This document shows, in pieces, positions 46,257 to 54,557 of a DNA stretch of 64,000 nt. Each line of letters starts with the position of its first letter. Positions within the stretch are counted from its first letter, which is position 1. The stretch lies in the NCBI GenBank assembly GCA_035540975.1, contig DATLFN010000136.1, positions 856 through 64,855 of the forward strand, read 5' to 3'. The position numbers and the translations under genes are program-made. The notes under the pieces were generated by a model. It ran no database searches. It was not told the origin of the DNA and was given only the letters and a program-made list of their open reading frames with translations. This DNA is from Acidimicrobiales bacterium. Lineage in GTDB: Bacteria; Actinomycetota; Acidimicrobiia; Acidimicrobiales; GCA-2861595.

Positions 46257-48117
46257 CGTCGGGGCCGGAGCTCTCGATGTGGTACGGCACCGAGGTCACC
46301 ACGGTGCCCTGGCGGAACAGGAGGGCAAGCTTGAGGGCGGCCGCGCTCTGGTTGTGGAGCAGCTGGGTCGGCGACAGCAGCCGCCCGGTGACGAACTCGG
46401 GGATCACGATGGTGACCGTGTCGCCCCGCCAGCGCTCGTCCAGGTCGTCGAGGTAGCGCTCGACCGCCGGGGTGAGCTCCCGGTAGGGGGAGGGGACGAT
46501 CTCGAGCGGGATGTCGAACTTGAAGGCTGCCCAGTCCCGCTCGATGGCAGCCACGTCGCCGTCCTGGGAGGACACGTGGACGGCGGTGAGGTGGTTGGGG
46601 CGCAGTGACCGGGCGTAGTCCAGTGCCTCGATGGTGCCCCGGTGGACCCGGCCGACGAGGACCACGACGGTGTGGTCCATGGACCGGGGGCGTACCGGTC
46701 CGGGCTCGACGGCCAGGATGGCCTCGACGCGGGTGTAGTGGCGCTTGATGGACACGAACAGGGCGATGATGAGCGGCACCACCACTATGGGCAGCCACGC
46801 CCCCACCGCGAACTTCGTCACGGCGACGATCGCGAGCACCACGGCGGTGGCCACCGCGCCCACCGCGTTGACGGCCACCCCCCGCTGCCACCCGCGCTCT
46901 CGCAGGCGGAGGTGGTGGCGCACCATGCCCGACTGGCTCAGGGTGAACGACGTGAACACCCCGACGGCGTAGAGCGGGATGAGCAGCGTGGTGAGGCCGC
47001 CGAAGGCGACCAGCAGGGCGCCGGCCGCCACGGCCAGGAACAGGATCCCGTTGGAGAACACCAGCCGGTCACCCTGGTTGGCGAACTGCCGGGGCAAGTA
47101 GCCGTCCCGGGCCACGATGCTGGCCAGCCGGGGGAAGTCCACGTAGGCGGTGTTGGCGGCCAGGATCAGGATGCCGGCGGTGGCGAACTGGAGCAGGGTG
47201 TGCAGCGGGCCGACTCCGAACACGGCCCGTCCCAGCTGAGAGATGACCGTCTCCTCGTGGGTCGGGTACGGGGCGAGGTGATGGGCGAGCACGGTCACCC
47301 CGAGGAACAGCGTCCCCAGGATGAAGCCCATGACGGTGAGGGTGGTGGCGGCGTTCTTCGACTCCGGCCGCCGGAAGGCGGGAACGCCGTTGGAGATGGC
47401 CTCGACGCCCGACAGGGCGACGGCACCCGACGAGAACCCCCGGAGGACCAGGAACAGCGACAGCTCCCCGCCCGCTCGCCGCACGTCCTCGGCCCGCTCG
47501 GCGTCGAACGGCACGGGGGCGATGTCGCCGAAGAACTCCCGCGCCAAGCCGTAGACGACCATGGCGGTGAGCATCACGATGTAGATGTAGGTGGGTGCCG
47601 CGAAGATCTTCCCCGACTCCTTGACCCCCCGCAGGTTCCCGGCGGTGAGGAGCACCACGAAGAACAGGCAGATGGCGACCCGCTGGTCCTCGAGATGGTG
47701 GAAGGCGTCGAGGGACACGAGGGCGGCGACGCCGGCGGACACCGACACGGCCACGGTCAGGATGTAGTCGACCAGCAGGGAGGCGGCCGCCACCAGCGAC
47801 GGGTACTCGCCCAGGTTCTCCCGGCTGACGATGTAGGCGCCGCCCCCGCTCGGGTAGGCGAAAATGGTCTGTCGGTAGGAGGTCACGACGATGGCGAGGA
47901 GCACCGCCACCGCGATCGCCATCGGAACCAGCTTCTCGAGGCCGAGAGCGAGGCTGGAGGCGCCCACGGCGGTGACGAAAAGGATCTCCTCGGTGGCGTA
48001 GGCGGTGGAGGAGATCGGGTCGGACGAGAAGGTCGCCAGCGCGATCGTCTTGGGCAGCCGCTGGTGGTCGGCGTCGGCCGAGGACAGGGGCCGGCCGACG
48101 AGCAGGCGCTTGGCCAT
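46231..48117 (-). CDS. kimA: APC-superfamily transporter of the KimA (K+/H+ symporter) type with C-terminal cytoplasmic domain
   Basis: ATG 48117 in ORF 46231..48243: MAKRLLVGRPLSSADADHQRLPKTIALATFSSDPISSTAYATEEILFV matches the KimA N-terminal pattern. About 12 TM segments follow, then a soluble domain of about 170 aa. The upstream in-frame codons (ttt, tta, ctt) are atypical for this genome, so I did not use the ATG at 48183. Confidence 0.8.
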   Translation of the reverse strand: MAKRLLVGRPLSSADADHQRLPKTIALATFSSDPISSTAYATEEILFVTAVGASSLALGLEKLVPMAIAVAVLLAIVVTSYRQTIFAYPSGGGAYIVSRENLGEYPSLVAAASLLVDYILTVAVSVSAGVAALVSLDAFHHLEDQRVAICLFFVVLLTAGNLRGVKESGKIFAAPTYIYIVMLTAMVVYGLAREFFGDIAPVPFDAERAEDVRRAGGELSLFLVLRGFSSGAVALSGVEAISNGVPAFRRPESKNAATTLTVMGFILGTLFLGVTVLAHHLAPYPTHEETVISQLGRAVFGVGPLHTLLQFATAGILILAANTAYVDFPRLASIVARDGYLPRQFANQGDRLVFSNGILFLAVAAGALLVAFGGLTTLLIPLYAVGVFTSFTLSQSGMVRHHLRLRERGWQRGVAVNAVGAVATAVVLAIVAVTKFAVGAWLPIVVVPLIIALFVSIKRHYTRVEAILAVEPGPVRPRSMDHTVVVLVGRVHRGTIEALDYARSLRPNHLTAVHVSSQDGDVAAIERDWAAFKFDIPLEIVPSPYRELTPAVERYLDDLDERWRGDTVTIVIPEFVTGRLLSPTQLLHNQSAAALKLALLFRQGTVVTSVPYHIESSGPDDGEARPGR

Positions 48118-48206
48118 GGCGAGCACGGAACCACTGTCACCCGTCCCGATGTCAAGAAGGCGTAAAAACGGCCCGGTGGGCATCAGGAAACCGTAAAGAT
48201 CAATCC

Positions 48207-49349
48207 GTGGCCGCCGGCAGGATTGCTCTCCGCCCCCGCCCACTGTGGGGATGCGTCGCCGGCGTGGTCCTCGTGATCGGCCTCAGCGCCGCACTGGTCC
48301 CCTTCCGCTCGGACATCACCCGCGCCTCCCCCGCCCTGGCGCTGGTCGTGGCCATCGTGGTGGCCGGGCTGGTCGGCGGCCGGCTGGCAGCCCTGGTGGT
48401 CGTGCCCGTCGCCGTCCTCGCGTACAACGTCGTGTTCATCCCGCCCCACTGGACCCTCACCGTGGACGCCCTGGACGACGGCGTGGCGCTGACCGTGTTC
48501 GGGCTGGTGGCCGTCGTCGTCGGCTCGCTGGTGGCCAGGGAGGGCGAGCGCCGACAGTCAGCCGAGGAGCGGGCGGCCGAGCTGCAGATGCTGAACGCCG
48601 AGCTCCAGAAGGTGCACCACGAGCGGGAACGCCTCGGCGAGGAAGCAATGCGGGCGACCGTGCTCGAGAGGATCGACGAACAACGAAGCGCACTGCTGCG
48701 GTCGGTGTCGCACGACCTGCGCACACCCCTCGCCACGGTGCGCGCCGTGGTGTCCGACCTGCTGGGCGGAGCGCCCTACGACGACGCCACCCGCAGCGAG
48801 CTGCTGGGGCTGGTGGCGGACGAGGTCGAGCGCCTGGACCGGCTGGTCGCCAACCTGCTGAACCTGAGCCGGATCGAAGCCGGAGCCCTCCGTCCCGACC
48901 GCCAGGCGGTGGTCATCGACGAGCTGCTGGCCCACACGGTGAAGCGCCTGGACCGGCTCTTCGTCCATCGCCGGGTGCAACTGGAGGTCCCGCCGCTGCC
49001 CATGGTCGACGGCGACTACACCCAGCTGGACCAGGTCGTGAGCAACCTCCTCGAGAACGCCGCCCGCCATGCCCCGAGAGGCTCGACGGTGCGCATCGGA
49101 GGCCGGGAGACCGACGAGCACGTGGAGATCTGGGTCGACGACGAGGGGCCGGGCGTGGCGCCGTTCGAGCGCCGGCGCATCTTCGAGCCCTTCAGCGCCG
49201 GCGACGGGAGCTCGTCGAGCGGCATCGGCCTCGCCATCTGCAAAGCCATCGTGGAGGCCCACGGAGGTTCCATCACCGCCGAGGGCTCGCCGGGGGGAGG
49301 GGCCCGTTTCCGGTTCAGCGTTCCGAAGAGCCATGCCCGGCGAGACTGA
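48207..49349 (+). CDS. sensor histidine kinase, KdpD C-terminal type (DUF4118-like 4-TM module, HisKA, HATPase_c) lacking the N-terminal KdpD/Usp sensor domains
   Basis: ORF 48207..49349 starts with GTG. It has four TM helices including VLAYNVVFIPPHWTLTVD, the H-box LLRSVSHDLRTPLATV, the N-box VSNLLENAARHAP and the G-boxes DDEGPGV and GIGLAICKAIVEAHGG. Confidence 0.85.
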   Translation: MAAGRIALRPRPLWGCVAGVVLVIGLSAALVPFRSDITRASPALALVVAIVVAGLVGGRLAALVVVPVAVLAYNVVFIPPHWTLTVDALDDGVALTVFGLVAVVVGSLVAREGERRQSAEERAAELQMLNAELQKVHHERERLGEEAMRATVLERIDEQRSALLRSVSHDLRTPLATVRAVVSDLLGGAPYDDATRSELLGLVADEVERLDRLVANLLNLSRIEAGALRPDRQAVVIDELLAHTVKRLDRLFVHRRVQLEVPPLPMVDGDYTQLDQVVSNLLENAARHAPRGSTVRIGGRETDEHVEIWVDDEGPGVAPFERRRIFEPFSAGDGSSSSGIGLAICKAIVEAHGGSITAEGSPGGGARFRFSVPKSHARRD

Positions 49350-50058
49350 GCTGATCCTGGTCGTCGACGACGAGCCCGGCATCCTGCGGGCGCTCTCGGC
49401 GGCCTTGCGTGCCCGCGACCACCGAGTGGCGGTCGCCACCACCGGGGCGGAGGCGCTCACCGAGGTCGCCACCCGGCAGCCGGCCGTGATCATCCTCGAC
49501 CTGGGCCTGCCCGACATCGACGGGATCGACGTCTGTCGGCAGTTGCGGAAGTGGACCGACACCCCGATCATCGTGCTCACCGCCGAGGGCGCCGAGTCCC
49601 GCAAGATCGAGGCACTGGACGAGGGAGCCGACGACTACGTCACCAAGCCGTTCTCCACGCCCGAGCTCCTCGCCCGCGTCCGGGTCGCTCTCCGCCGCCA
49701 CCGCCCGGCCGACGGTACCGGTATCGACGTCACCCTGACCGTGGGCGACATCGAGATGGACCTCGCTCGCCACCAGGTTCGCGTGCGCGGCACCGAGGTG
49801 GAGCTCACGCCCAAGGAGTTCGCCTTCCTCGCCGCCCTGGCCCGCCACCCGGGCCGGGTGTTGACCCATCGCATGCTCCTCCACGAGGTGTGGGGGCCCG
49901 AATACGCGAAGGAGACGCAGTACCTGCGGGTCTACGCCAGTCAGGTCCGCAAGAAGCTCGCCGACGACCCTGCCCACCCCGCCCTCGTCACGGAGCCCGG
50001 GGTGGGCTATCGCCTCGTCGATCCGGCCGACCAGCTGGACAGCGGGCCGCAGCAGTAG
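49333..50058 (+). CDS. kdpE: OmpR-family response regulator, KdpE-like
   Basis: ATG 49333 overlaps the kinase gene by 17 nt. LILVVDDEPGILRAL...IILDLGLPDIDG...DDYVTKPF; the winged helix is LTPKEFAFLAALARHPGRVLTHRMLLHEVWGPEYAKETQYLRVYASQVRKKL...TEPGVGYRL. Confidence 0.88.
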   Translation: MPGETELILVVDDEPGILRALSAALRARDHRVAVATTGAEALTEVATRQPAVIILDLGLPDIDGIDVCRQLRKWTDTPIIVLTAEGAESRKIEALDEGADDYVTKPFSTPELLARVRVALRRHRPADGTGIDVTLTVGDIEMDLARHQVRVRGTEVELTPKEFAFLAALARHPGRVLTHRMLLHEVWGPEYAKETQYLRVYASQVRKKLADDPAHPALVTEPGVGYRLVDPADQLDSGPQQ

Positions 50059-50091
50059 CGCGTAGGCCGCGGGGGCGAGTCGCGCCGGACG

Positions 50092-50120
50092 TTGATTGAG
50101 AACGGTTATTGTTCTATGTT
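50092..50120 (+). promoter_or_regulatory. promoter with embedded Zur-type operator upstream of znuA copy 1
   Basis: TTGATT (50092-50097), a 17-nt spacer, then TATGTT (50115-50120). The ATG lies 8 nt further on. The spacer holds TGAGAACGGTTATTGTTCT, and the 15-mer AACGGTTATTGTTCT (50101-50115) recurs exactly at 59287-59301 on the other strand. Confidence 0.6.
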
Positions 50121-50128
50121 TGAAGGCC

Positions 50129-51133
50129 ATGCGAACAGTTCCCACCCGTCCCCGGCCCCGCCATCGGCCGCGCCGCGCCGTGGCAGCCATCGTGACGGCG
50201 CTGGCGTCGGCCGGTCTGGTGGGCTGCGGGAGCGACGGTGACGCCGCCGCCGCCGGCGGAGCGAACGGCCGGCTCGCCGTGGTGGCGAGCTTCTACCCGG
50301 TCGCCGAGGTCGCCGGTCGGGTGGGGGGCAACCGGGTCCGCGTCTCCAACCTGACGCCGGCGGGGGCCGAGCCCCACGATCTCGAGCTGACCTCGCACCA
50401 GCTCGACCAGCTCGAGGACGCCGATCTCGTCGTCTACCTCGGCAACGGGTTCCAGCCCGGCGTCGCCGAGATCGCCTCCCGCCGGGACTCCGCCACCCTG
50501 GACCTTCTCGACACGATCTCGCTGGAGGAGGGCGCCCACGATGCCGTCGATGCCGACGAGGGGCACGTCGGCGAGGCCAACGAGGGCGAGCACGCCGAGG
50601 GCCGCGGTCTCGATCCCCACTTCTGGCTCGACCCCACGCTGATGGCACAGGCCGCCGACGCGGTCGTCGACGCCCTGGTCGAGGTGGACGCCGACGGTGC
50701 CGGCACGTTCCGGGCGAACGCCGAGGCGTACAAGCGCGAGCTGGCGAGCCTCGACGCCGACATCCAGGCGGGGCTGGCGACATGCGAGCGTCGAGACATC
50801 GTCACCGCCCATGCCGCCTTTCACTACCTCGCCCGCCGCTACGGCCTCGTGCAGCTCCCCATCGCCGGGCTGTCGCCCGAGGCCGAGCCCGATCCCAGGC
50901 GCCTCGCCCAGCTCACCGATCAGATCCGGGAGAAAGGCATCACCACCGTGTTCTTCGAGGAGCTCGTCTCGCCGGCGGTGGCCGAGGCGCTCGCCCGCGA
51001 GGCCGGCGTGGCGACCGCCGCGCTCAGCCCCCTGGAGGGGCTCAGCGTGCCCGATGCCGAGGCCGGGAAGGACTACCCAGCGGTGATGCGCGAGAACCTG
51101 GCGGTGCTGCGCCGGGCCCTCGGCTGTCGCTGA
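50129..51133 (+). CDS. znuA: ZnuA/TroA-family metal ABC substrate-binding lipoprotein
   Basis: ATG 50129 in ORF 50096..51133. Lipobox ASAGLVG-C-GSDG. AVVASFYPVAEV...AGAEPHDLELT...DPHFWLDP...AHAAFHYLARRY. The acidic/His loop is HDAVDADEGHVGEANEGEHAEG. Confidence 0.85.
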   Translation: MRTVPTRPRPRHRPRRAVAAIVTALASAGLVGCGSDGDAAAAGGANGRLAVVASFYPVAEVAGRVGGNRVRVSNLTPAGAEPHDLELTSHQLDQLEDADLVVYLGNGFQPGVAEIASRRDSATLDLLDTISLEEGAHDAVDADEGHVGEANEGEHAEGRGLDPHFWLDPTLMAQAADAVVDALVEVDADGAGTFRANAEAYKRELASLDADIQAGLATCERRDIVTAHAAFHYLARRYGLVQLPIAGLSPEAEPDPRRLAQLTDQIREKGITTVFFEELVSPAVAEALAREAGVATAALSPLEGLSVPDAEAGKDYPAVMRENLAVLRRALGCR

Positions 51134-51272
51134 GGTCGTCGGCACCCGACGCCGCTCGGCCGGCAACGGCGGGCGCGGCAACCCGTCGCGACGCCGTCGC
51201 CCGGCCGGGGGCCGCGGCTCTCGCCGTCGCGCGGTACGGCCGACGGGACGGGCCGACGACGGGCCGACGCCG

Positions 51273-52235
51273 TCAGCCGAGACTGAGGTCGAAGCGTCGG
51301 AGCGTGCCGTCGAGACATCCGACGGCCAGGTGCCACCCCGATGTCGACCATGCCAGGCTGGCCACCCCCGCCGGCAGTTCGGCCTGGGCCAGCGCTCGCT
51401 CCTCCCGGTCCGCCGCCAGCAGCAGCAGGCGCCCGGCGGCGTCTCCGGCGGCGACGACGTTGCCGCCCCGTGAGGCGAGCGCCGCGATCGGCCCGTCGTG
51501 CGCGAGCAGGCGAACGGGCGCGTCCACCGCGACGTTCCCGTCGGCCGTGACCGGCCAGCTGTTCACCTCATCGAGGTCGCAGACGACGAGGTGCTCCCCG
51601 GCCCACGTCAGGCGGCGCACCGGCGTCCCGTAGCCGTCCACGCCGGTCCCCAGGCCCGACACGAGGTCGACGACGTGCACGGACCCGCCCGCCTCGCCCA
51701 CGGCGAGGCGCTGACCGTCGGCCGACAGGGCGAAGGCGCAGGCCATCGACGTCCTCCGCTCGGCGTCCACCGTGCCGTTCTCGTGGTCGACGATCACCAG
51801 GCCGTCGGCCGTACCGAGGGCCACCCGGCTCCCGGGGAGCAGGCAGGCGTCGACGACGTGGCCGACGTCGCATCGGATCGGCGCCAGCTCCCCCGGCCGG
51901 CCGCCGTGGACCCCGGCCGAGGTGACGGCGACCAGCCGCCCGGGGTCGGACCACCACACCCGCCGGCCCCAGCCGCCGAGGCGCTGGGCCGCCTGCCCGA
52001 CCCGGACGTCTCCGCGGTGGTCGATGGTGGCCATCTCCCACGCCGGGCCGCAGGCCACGGCGACGACCACCCCGGGCCCGGGGGGGCGGCGGAGGTCGGG
52101 CCTCCCGTCCACGTGCACGGACCCGTCGGCGCACGTGCAGGCGAGCGACGAGCCGATCCACGCCAACCCGACCACCGCCTCCGGCAGGCAGGCCTCGCCG
52201 ACCGGCCGGAGCGACGCGGCGGCTGGAGTGTTCAC
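51273..52235 (-). CDS. WD40-like beta-propeller protein (module A)
   Basis: GTG 52235 overlaps (GTGA) the stop of the COG0523-like gene. Degenerate WD repeats: AFALSADGQRLAVGEAGGSVHVVDL, IAALASRGGNVVAAGDAAGRLLLL, VASLAWSTSGWHLAVGCLDGTLRRFDL. Confidence 0.75.
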   Translation of the reverse strand: MNTPAAASLRPVGEACLPEAVVGLAWIGSSLACTCADGSVHVDGRPDLRRPPGPGVVVAVACGPAWEMATIDHRGDVRVGQAAQRLGGWGRRVWWSDPGRLVAVTSAGVHGGRPGELAPIRCDVGHVVDACLLPGSRVALGTADGLVIVDHENGTVDAERRTSMACAFALSADGQRLAVGEAGGSVHVVDLVSGLGTGVDGYGTPVRRLTWAGEHLVVCDLDEVNSWPVTADGNVAVDAPVRLLAHDGPIAALASRGGNVVAAGDAAGRLLLLAADREERALAQAELPAGVASLAWSTSGWHLAVGCLDGTLRRFDLSLG

Positions 52236-53224
52236 GGCGCAGCGTGGGATCGCAGGCCGGCCGCCAGGTTCGCCCGGTCGAGCCCCCACCCCACCAGCGC
52301 CACCTGCGAGGCGGTGCCGTGAAGCCTCCTGCCTGGCTGCGTCATCACGATCGACCGCATGCCGAGGCAGTCGACCGCGCTCTCCCGGTCGACCAGGCAC
52401 AGCTCGCCCTGGAGCCGGAGCAGGCGTGAGGCGTGGTCGTCGAGGACACCGTCCAGCCAGGCACGGACGCCCTCCGCCTCGAGCGGCCCGTCGGCGTCGA
52501 CGACGACGGTGGCCGGCGCCTCGTGGGGCGCCGGGCGCGCGTCGTGCACCGAGGCCATGCGGCCGTGCCACGCCCGGCGGTCGAGGAGCGAACCGAGCAT
52601 TGCAGGGCTCCCGACCCACGCCCGGACGGGACCGGTCCGGTTCACACCGCGCACGGCGTGGCGCACGCGGCGCACGACGGCGGGCCGCAGCCGGTCGGCT
52701 CGGGCCACGACCACGGCGTCGGCCATCGCCAGCGTCTCCATCTCCGCCTCGGTCCCCAGCCGGCCGCCGGTGGCGAGCCGGGTGGCCATGGCGGGGCCGT
52801 CGCACGTGGCGATGACGGCGTCGAGGAAGGTCTGGCCGGTCAGGTCGGGGTCGGTGAGCAGCGTCTGGGCGACGCCGACGGCGTCATGGTGCGTGACCAG
52901 GAGGGCGCGGCGCGGCGGGTGACGGCGCCGCAGGGACAAGCGCAGCCCGTCGACGACGTCGACCCGGATCGAGCAGCACTCGCAGCCCGTCGTGCGGTAG
53001 CCGGTCGCCGCCTCCGCCGGCACGGTGAGCACACCCTCGACGGCTGGCCCCTCGACCGCTCCGTGTGGGCCGATCAGGCACACCGCTTCGGCTGCGGTGA
53101 AGGCGGCCAGGTCGAGCGCCAGCTTTGCCGCCTCGGGCCCTCCGGCGACCACCGTGACGGCCACCGGTCCGCCCCGCTCGGCGGCGCCCGCCCCGGCGGG
53201 CGCGGAGGGCAGTTCTTCAGGCAT
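52232..53224 (-). CDS. COG0523 (CobW/YjiA/ZigA) family paralog with degenerate Walker A (module A)
   Basis: ATG 53224. By-eye alignment with my remembered YjiA pattern: PVAVTVVAGGPEAAKLALDLAA replaces the G-F-L-G-A-G-K-T-T P-loop. The GCECCS (CxCC) motif is retained. Family blocks LLVTHHDAVGVAQTLL, LDAVIATCDG and MADAVVVARADRL are present, followed by a CobW_C-like tail. Confidence 0.75.
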   Translation of the reverse strand: MPEELPSAPAGAGAAERGGPVAVTVVAGGPEAAKLALDLAAFTAAEAVCLIGPHGAVEGPAVEGVLTVPAEAATGYRTTGCECCSIRVDVVDGLRLSLRRRHPPRRALLVTHHDAVGVAQTLLTDPDLTGQTFLDAVIATCDGPAMATRLATGGRLGTEAEMETLAMADAVVVARADRLRPAVVRRVRHAVRGVNRTGPVRAWVGSPAMLGSLLDRRAWHGRMASVHDARPAPHEAPATVVVDADGPLEAEGVRAWLDGVLDDHASRLLRLQGELCLVDRESAVDCLGMRSIVMTQPGRRLHGTASQVALVGWGLDRANLAAGLRSHAAP

Positions 53225-53240
53225 GCCGCGTACTATAGAA

Positions 53241-53255
53241 TGAGACTTGTTCTCA
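53241..53255. promoter_or_regulatory. Zur-box-like 7-1-7 palindrome TGAGACT-T-GTTCTCA
   Basis: Read directly. It lies 16 nt upstream of ATG 53224 (minus strand) and next to a TATAGT -10-like hexamer on that strand. It is an AT-rich island in GC-rich DNA, between the zur stop and the COG0523-like start. Confidence 0.6.
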
Positions 53256-53296
53256 CACCAACTGCCCCGCACGATGTGGGTCGAGACGAGGGAGGA

Positions 53297-53722
53297 TCAG
53301 CCGCCGTCTCCGCAGCGACGGCACAGGCCCTCGAAGTCGAGGCGGTGCCCGGTGACCTCGAACCCGGTTTCGGCCACCGCCTGCGAGGCAGCCTCGCGCA
53401 GCACTCGTTCGAGCCGCGTGGCCGCCACCAGATCCGTCACCGCTCCGCACCGCCGGCACACGAGGTGGTGGTGGTGACCGGCCAGGTCCTCGGCCAGCTC
53501 GAACCGGCCGTACTCGTCGGCTCCGGGGAGGCGGACGGCGATCCCGGCGTCACACAGGACGGTGACGTTCCGGTAGGCCGAGCTCTGTGGGACGCCCTCG
53601 GTCCGGCGCAGGATCTCGCCGATGGTCAGGGGGTGCCCCGCCCGCTCCATGGTCTCGACCAGCCGGCGCCGGCTGGCGGTGTAGCGCAGGTCTAGGGCGG
53701 CGAGGCGCTCCTCCGCCACCAC
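53297..53722 (-). CDS. zur: Fur-family metalloregulator, probably Zur
   Basis: GTG 53722 in ORF 53297..53944 (141 aa). LRYTASRRRLVETMERAGHPLTIGEILRRTEGVPQSSAYRNVTVLCDAGIAVRL...GHHHHLVCRRCGAV...GLCRRCG. The assignment to Zur rather than Fur rests on context: the znu genes, COG0523 paralogs and an SmtB-like gene in the same operon, the arrangement known from the M. tuberculosis Rv2358-furB operon. Confidence 0.8.
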   Translation of the reverse strand: MVAEERLAALDLRYTASRRRLVETMERAGHPLTIGEILRRTEGVPQSSAYRNVTVLCDAGIAVRLPGADEYGRFELAEDLAGHHHHLVCRRCGAVTDLVAATRLERVLREAASQAVAETGFEVTGHRLDFEGLCRRCGDGG

Positions 53723-53790
53723 GTGCAGCCGGCCATCCGTCTGATCCGATCCGCGGCCGGGATCGTCGAGCGGTCGCCCGGACGGGAGGC

Positions 53791-54081
53791 TCAGTGCTCG
53801 TCCCAATGACCGTCGTGCGAGGCGTGGCGGTGCCCGTCGTGCAGGTAGTCGGTGTGGCCGCCGTGGTCCAGCGCATCGTGGCCGCACCCCGAGCCGTGCT
53901 CGTGGTCGTGGCCGTCGTGGGTCACGTGGGCGACAGGTTCGCACTCGTCCCAGTGGTCGTCGTGCTCACGATGGGCGTGGCCGTCGTGGAGGTAGTCGGT
54001 ATGGTCGCCGTGGTCCACGGCGACGTGCCCGCATGTCGAGCCGTGCGCGTGATCGTGCTCGGCGTGTGTCGTATGGGTCAT
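53791..54081 (-). CDS. small His/Asp-rich tandem-repeat protein (putative metal-binding)
   Basis: ATG 54081 follows GAGGAGGAA and lies 2 nt after the arsR-like stop. The 96-aa sequence is MTHTTHAEHDHAHGSTCGHVAVDHGDHTDYLHDGHAHREHDDHWDEC / EPVAHVTHDGHDHEHGSGCGHDALDHGGHTDYLHDGHRHASHDGHWDEH. These are two copies of a unit of about 40 aa. Roughly a quarter to a third of residues are His. Confidence 0.7.
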   Translation of the reverse strand: MTHTTHAEHDHAHGSTCGHVAVDHGDHTDYLHDGHAHREHDDHWDECEPVAHVTHDGHDHEHGSGCGHDALDHGGHTDYLHDGHRHASHDGHWDEH

Positions 54082-54083
54082 GG

Positions 54084-54413
54084 TCACTGTTCCTCCTCGG
54101 TGGAGAGCTGGCGGGACGGCCGCAGCTCGTGGGCGTGAACGATGGCATCGTGGACGATGTGGGCGACGTGCTCGTCGCCCAGCGAGTAGGCGATCTCCCG
54201 GCCCCGGCGCTCGGTCCGGACCAGGTGGGTCGACCGGAGCACCCGGAGATGCTGCGACACGAGCGGCTGGGAGAGCCCCAGGGCGTCCACCAGCTCGTGG
54301 ACGCATCGGGCGCCGGTCCCCAGTTCGTGCACGATGGCAAGCCGGTGGACGTTCGCCAGCGCCCGGAGCAACTCGGCGGCTGCTTCGAGGTCCGGCGGCG
54401 GAGCGGTCAACAC
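54084..54413 (-). CDS. ArsR/SmtB-family metal-sensing repressor (alpha5-site type)
   Basis: GTG 54413 follows GGAGG, in ORF 54084..54446. LLRALANVHRLAIVHELGTGARCVHELVDALGLSQPLVSQHLRVLRSTHLV. The C-terminal helix DEHVAHIVHDAIVHAHE carries the Asp/His pattern of alpha5 Zn/Co/Ni sites. Confidence 0.8.
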   Translation of the reverse strand: MLTAPPPDLEAAAELLRALANVHRLAIVHELGTGARCVHELVDALGLSQPLVSQHLRVLRSTHLVRTERRGREIAYSLGDEHVAHIVHDAIVHAHELRPSRQLSTEEEQ

Positions 54414-54459
54414 CTCGCCTCCACTGCCAGCCCCGGGACGCCGCACCCACGTATCATAT

Positions 54460-54469
54460 CATGCGCATG
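54460..54469. promoter_or_regulatory. perfect 10-bp palindrome CATGCGCATG in the divergent intergenic region (candidate ArsR/SmtB operator)
   Basis: Read directly. It is embedded in the AT-richer stretch gtatcatatCATGCGCATGgctgcatgtgt, 47 nt upstream of the arsR-like start. The function is a guess. Confidence 0.3.
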
Positions 54470-54522
54470 GCTGCATGTGTCGCGCAGCCTACGCACCCTG
54501 CCCGCCCCGCTCGCACCGGGGG

Positions 54523-54537
54523 TGAGAATCGTTCTCA
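54523..54537. promoter_or_regulatory. Zur-box-like 7-1-7 palindrome TGAGAAT-C-GTTCTCA
   Basis: Read directly. It lies 20 nt upstream of ATG 54558 of the second COG0523-like gene. Confidence 0.65.
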
Positions 54538-54557
54538 TCGTGTGGTACGGTGAGGGG

